This document shows, one piece after another, positions 23,649-24,557 of a DNA stretch of 24,557 nucleotides. The notes under the pieces were generated by a model. The model had not been told where the DNA came from, did not search any database, and saw only the letters and a list, made by a program, of their open reading frames with translations. A program made the position numbers and the translations under genes. The DNA is taken from positions 1 through 24,557 of the IMG/VR virus record IMGVR_UViG_3300017705_000701; one strand, written 5' to 3'. Origin of the DNA: a virus (taxonomy: Duplodnaviria; Caudoviricetes). The number at the start of each line of letters is the position of its first letter. Positions within the stretch are counted from its first letter, which is position 1.

Positions 23649-24557
23649 CTAGAATACAAATCTACCACTATTTAAATCATCTACAATCGCTTTTTTATTT
23701 ACATTAAATGTACTGGGCATGGGTGTTGGGGTTATAATATTTATGACCACTTCCCATTCCCCCTCAACAGACGTAGAAGGTGTTTCAGATACTCTGATAC
23801 ACGGTGTTTGTAGCGTGATGTTATGTACTTTATACAATAATTCAGCGATTACAGAAGCAAGAGTTGGATAATACCATGCGATATGGTCAAGAACTAAGCC
23901 CTTCTTATATATACCCTCCGCAAACTTGGATTTCATTCTTAAATCTATAAATTGCCACTCATTCGCGGGCTCGGGATAGTCTTTGGCCATATTCACTTCA
24001 TCAGTGTTCCAATCAACTCGTTTTTTTATAGCATATGGATTTGCCCATGAATCTACCCAATATTGACCTATTTTAGAATAATCATCTGGGTTTTTCATAT
24101 CAAAAGTTTCAAATTGATCGAGATAACCTTGAAATATGAGTTTTGCTGCCGCTTTCTCTGCCGCTGAATCTGCATAGTGACCAGCGGCTTCTGCGAGGAA
24201 TTCAGCTGCATAAGCCTGCGCTGCCGGATCCGCGTTGTTAATGTATTCCTGCGCCTCTTTTTCTGCTGCTTTCGCTTTGGCGATACTTTGTCTAGCGAGA
24301 TCGAGGTGGTTGTGCGCGTCCTGATCAGTCACCATAGTGTTCATCCAATTCCCCTCCAGATCGTCGCCCGGATCTTTTGCCAATGCATCAACATGATACC
24401 CAACTACGGATTCTGCATAAGAAAAATTTCCATTCCCAGCGTGCGCCGGAACATTATATTTAGAGTCTGCATTGTTTGGGAACGACCCATAAAGCAAATG
24501 AAAATCATTATGATTACCGTTAAGCCACTTAAGATCGAACAGCGGATCCACCTCGGG
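23649..24557 (-). CDS. Hypothetical protein, C-terminal fragment (at least 302 aa, 5'-truncated by the window edge)
   Basis: The frame stays open beyond the track's GTG at 24551 (CCC GAG GTG...) to the window end, so the true start is probably outside the window. It contains an Ala/Glu/Lys-rich helical stretch and ends TAG TGA. Confidence 0.75.
   Translation of the reverse strand, partial: PEVDPLFDLKWLNGNHNDFHLLYGSFPNNADSKYNVPAHAGNGNFSYAESVVGYHVDALAKDPGDDLEGNWMNTMVTDQDAHNHLDLARQSIAKAKAAEKEAQEYINNADPAAQAYAAEFLAEAAGHYADSAAEKAAAKLIFQGYLDQFETFDMKNPDDYSKIGQYWVDSWANPYAIKKRVDWNTDEVNMAKDYPEPANEWQFIDLRMKSKFAEGIYKKGLVLDHIAWYYPTLASVIAELLYKVHNITLQTPCIRVSETPSTSVEGEWEVVINIITPTPMPSTFNVNKKAIVDDLNSGRFVF

Noticed and set aside
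1041-23651. Possible stop-codon reassignment: both TAG stops (1050 and 23649) are followed closely by another in-frame stop
   Set aside because: Standard-code translation gives intact ORFs up to 3236 aa and near-complete coding density. Recoding would be expected to fragment them, and nearby backup stops are common in AT-rich DNA.
1-24557. Diversity-generating retroelement, intein, intron, CRISPR array, tRNA or IS element explaining the inserted segments
   Set aside because: I found no reverse transcriptase, no ~100-nt template/variable repeat pair, no intein splice motifs with a homing endonuclease, no regularly spaced repeats and no transposase. Intergenic space is too small for arrays. 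A self dot-plot and tRNAscan would be needed to exclude these formally.

Overview
AT-rich window (roughly one third G+C by eye) holding one densely packed, all-minus-strand cluster of ten virion-structural genes. It is best read as the baseplate/tail module of a large, uncharacterised contractile-tailed (myovirus-type) phage. In transcription order (right to left): a 5'-truncated unknown gene, a gp25/P2-W-like wedge protein, a T4 gp6/P2-J-like wedge protein, a 529-aa DNRLRE-like protein, a 3236-aa protein with a gp7/P2-I-like core and three LamG-like domains, 373-, 1038-, 1213- and 351-aa proteins, and a 3'-truncated gene (1025 to the left edge) that the ORF track missed. I saw no RNA genes, CRISPR arrays or mobile elements. 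Most notable: (1) a dispersed [S/T]-[G/A/S]-S tripeptide strongly enriched in only some of the proteins, a possible modification sequon; (2) a complete LamG domain inserted inside another LamG domain; (3) several sharp ~50% GC in-frame cassettes inside ~25-30% GC genes; (4) a shared N-terminal module in two otherwise different proteins; (5) a recurrent TATTTA(T/A)(A/T) element just upstream of ribosome-binding sites, once in a hairpin loop. All family calls come from motif recognition by eye and all counts are manual; no database searches were run.
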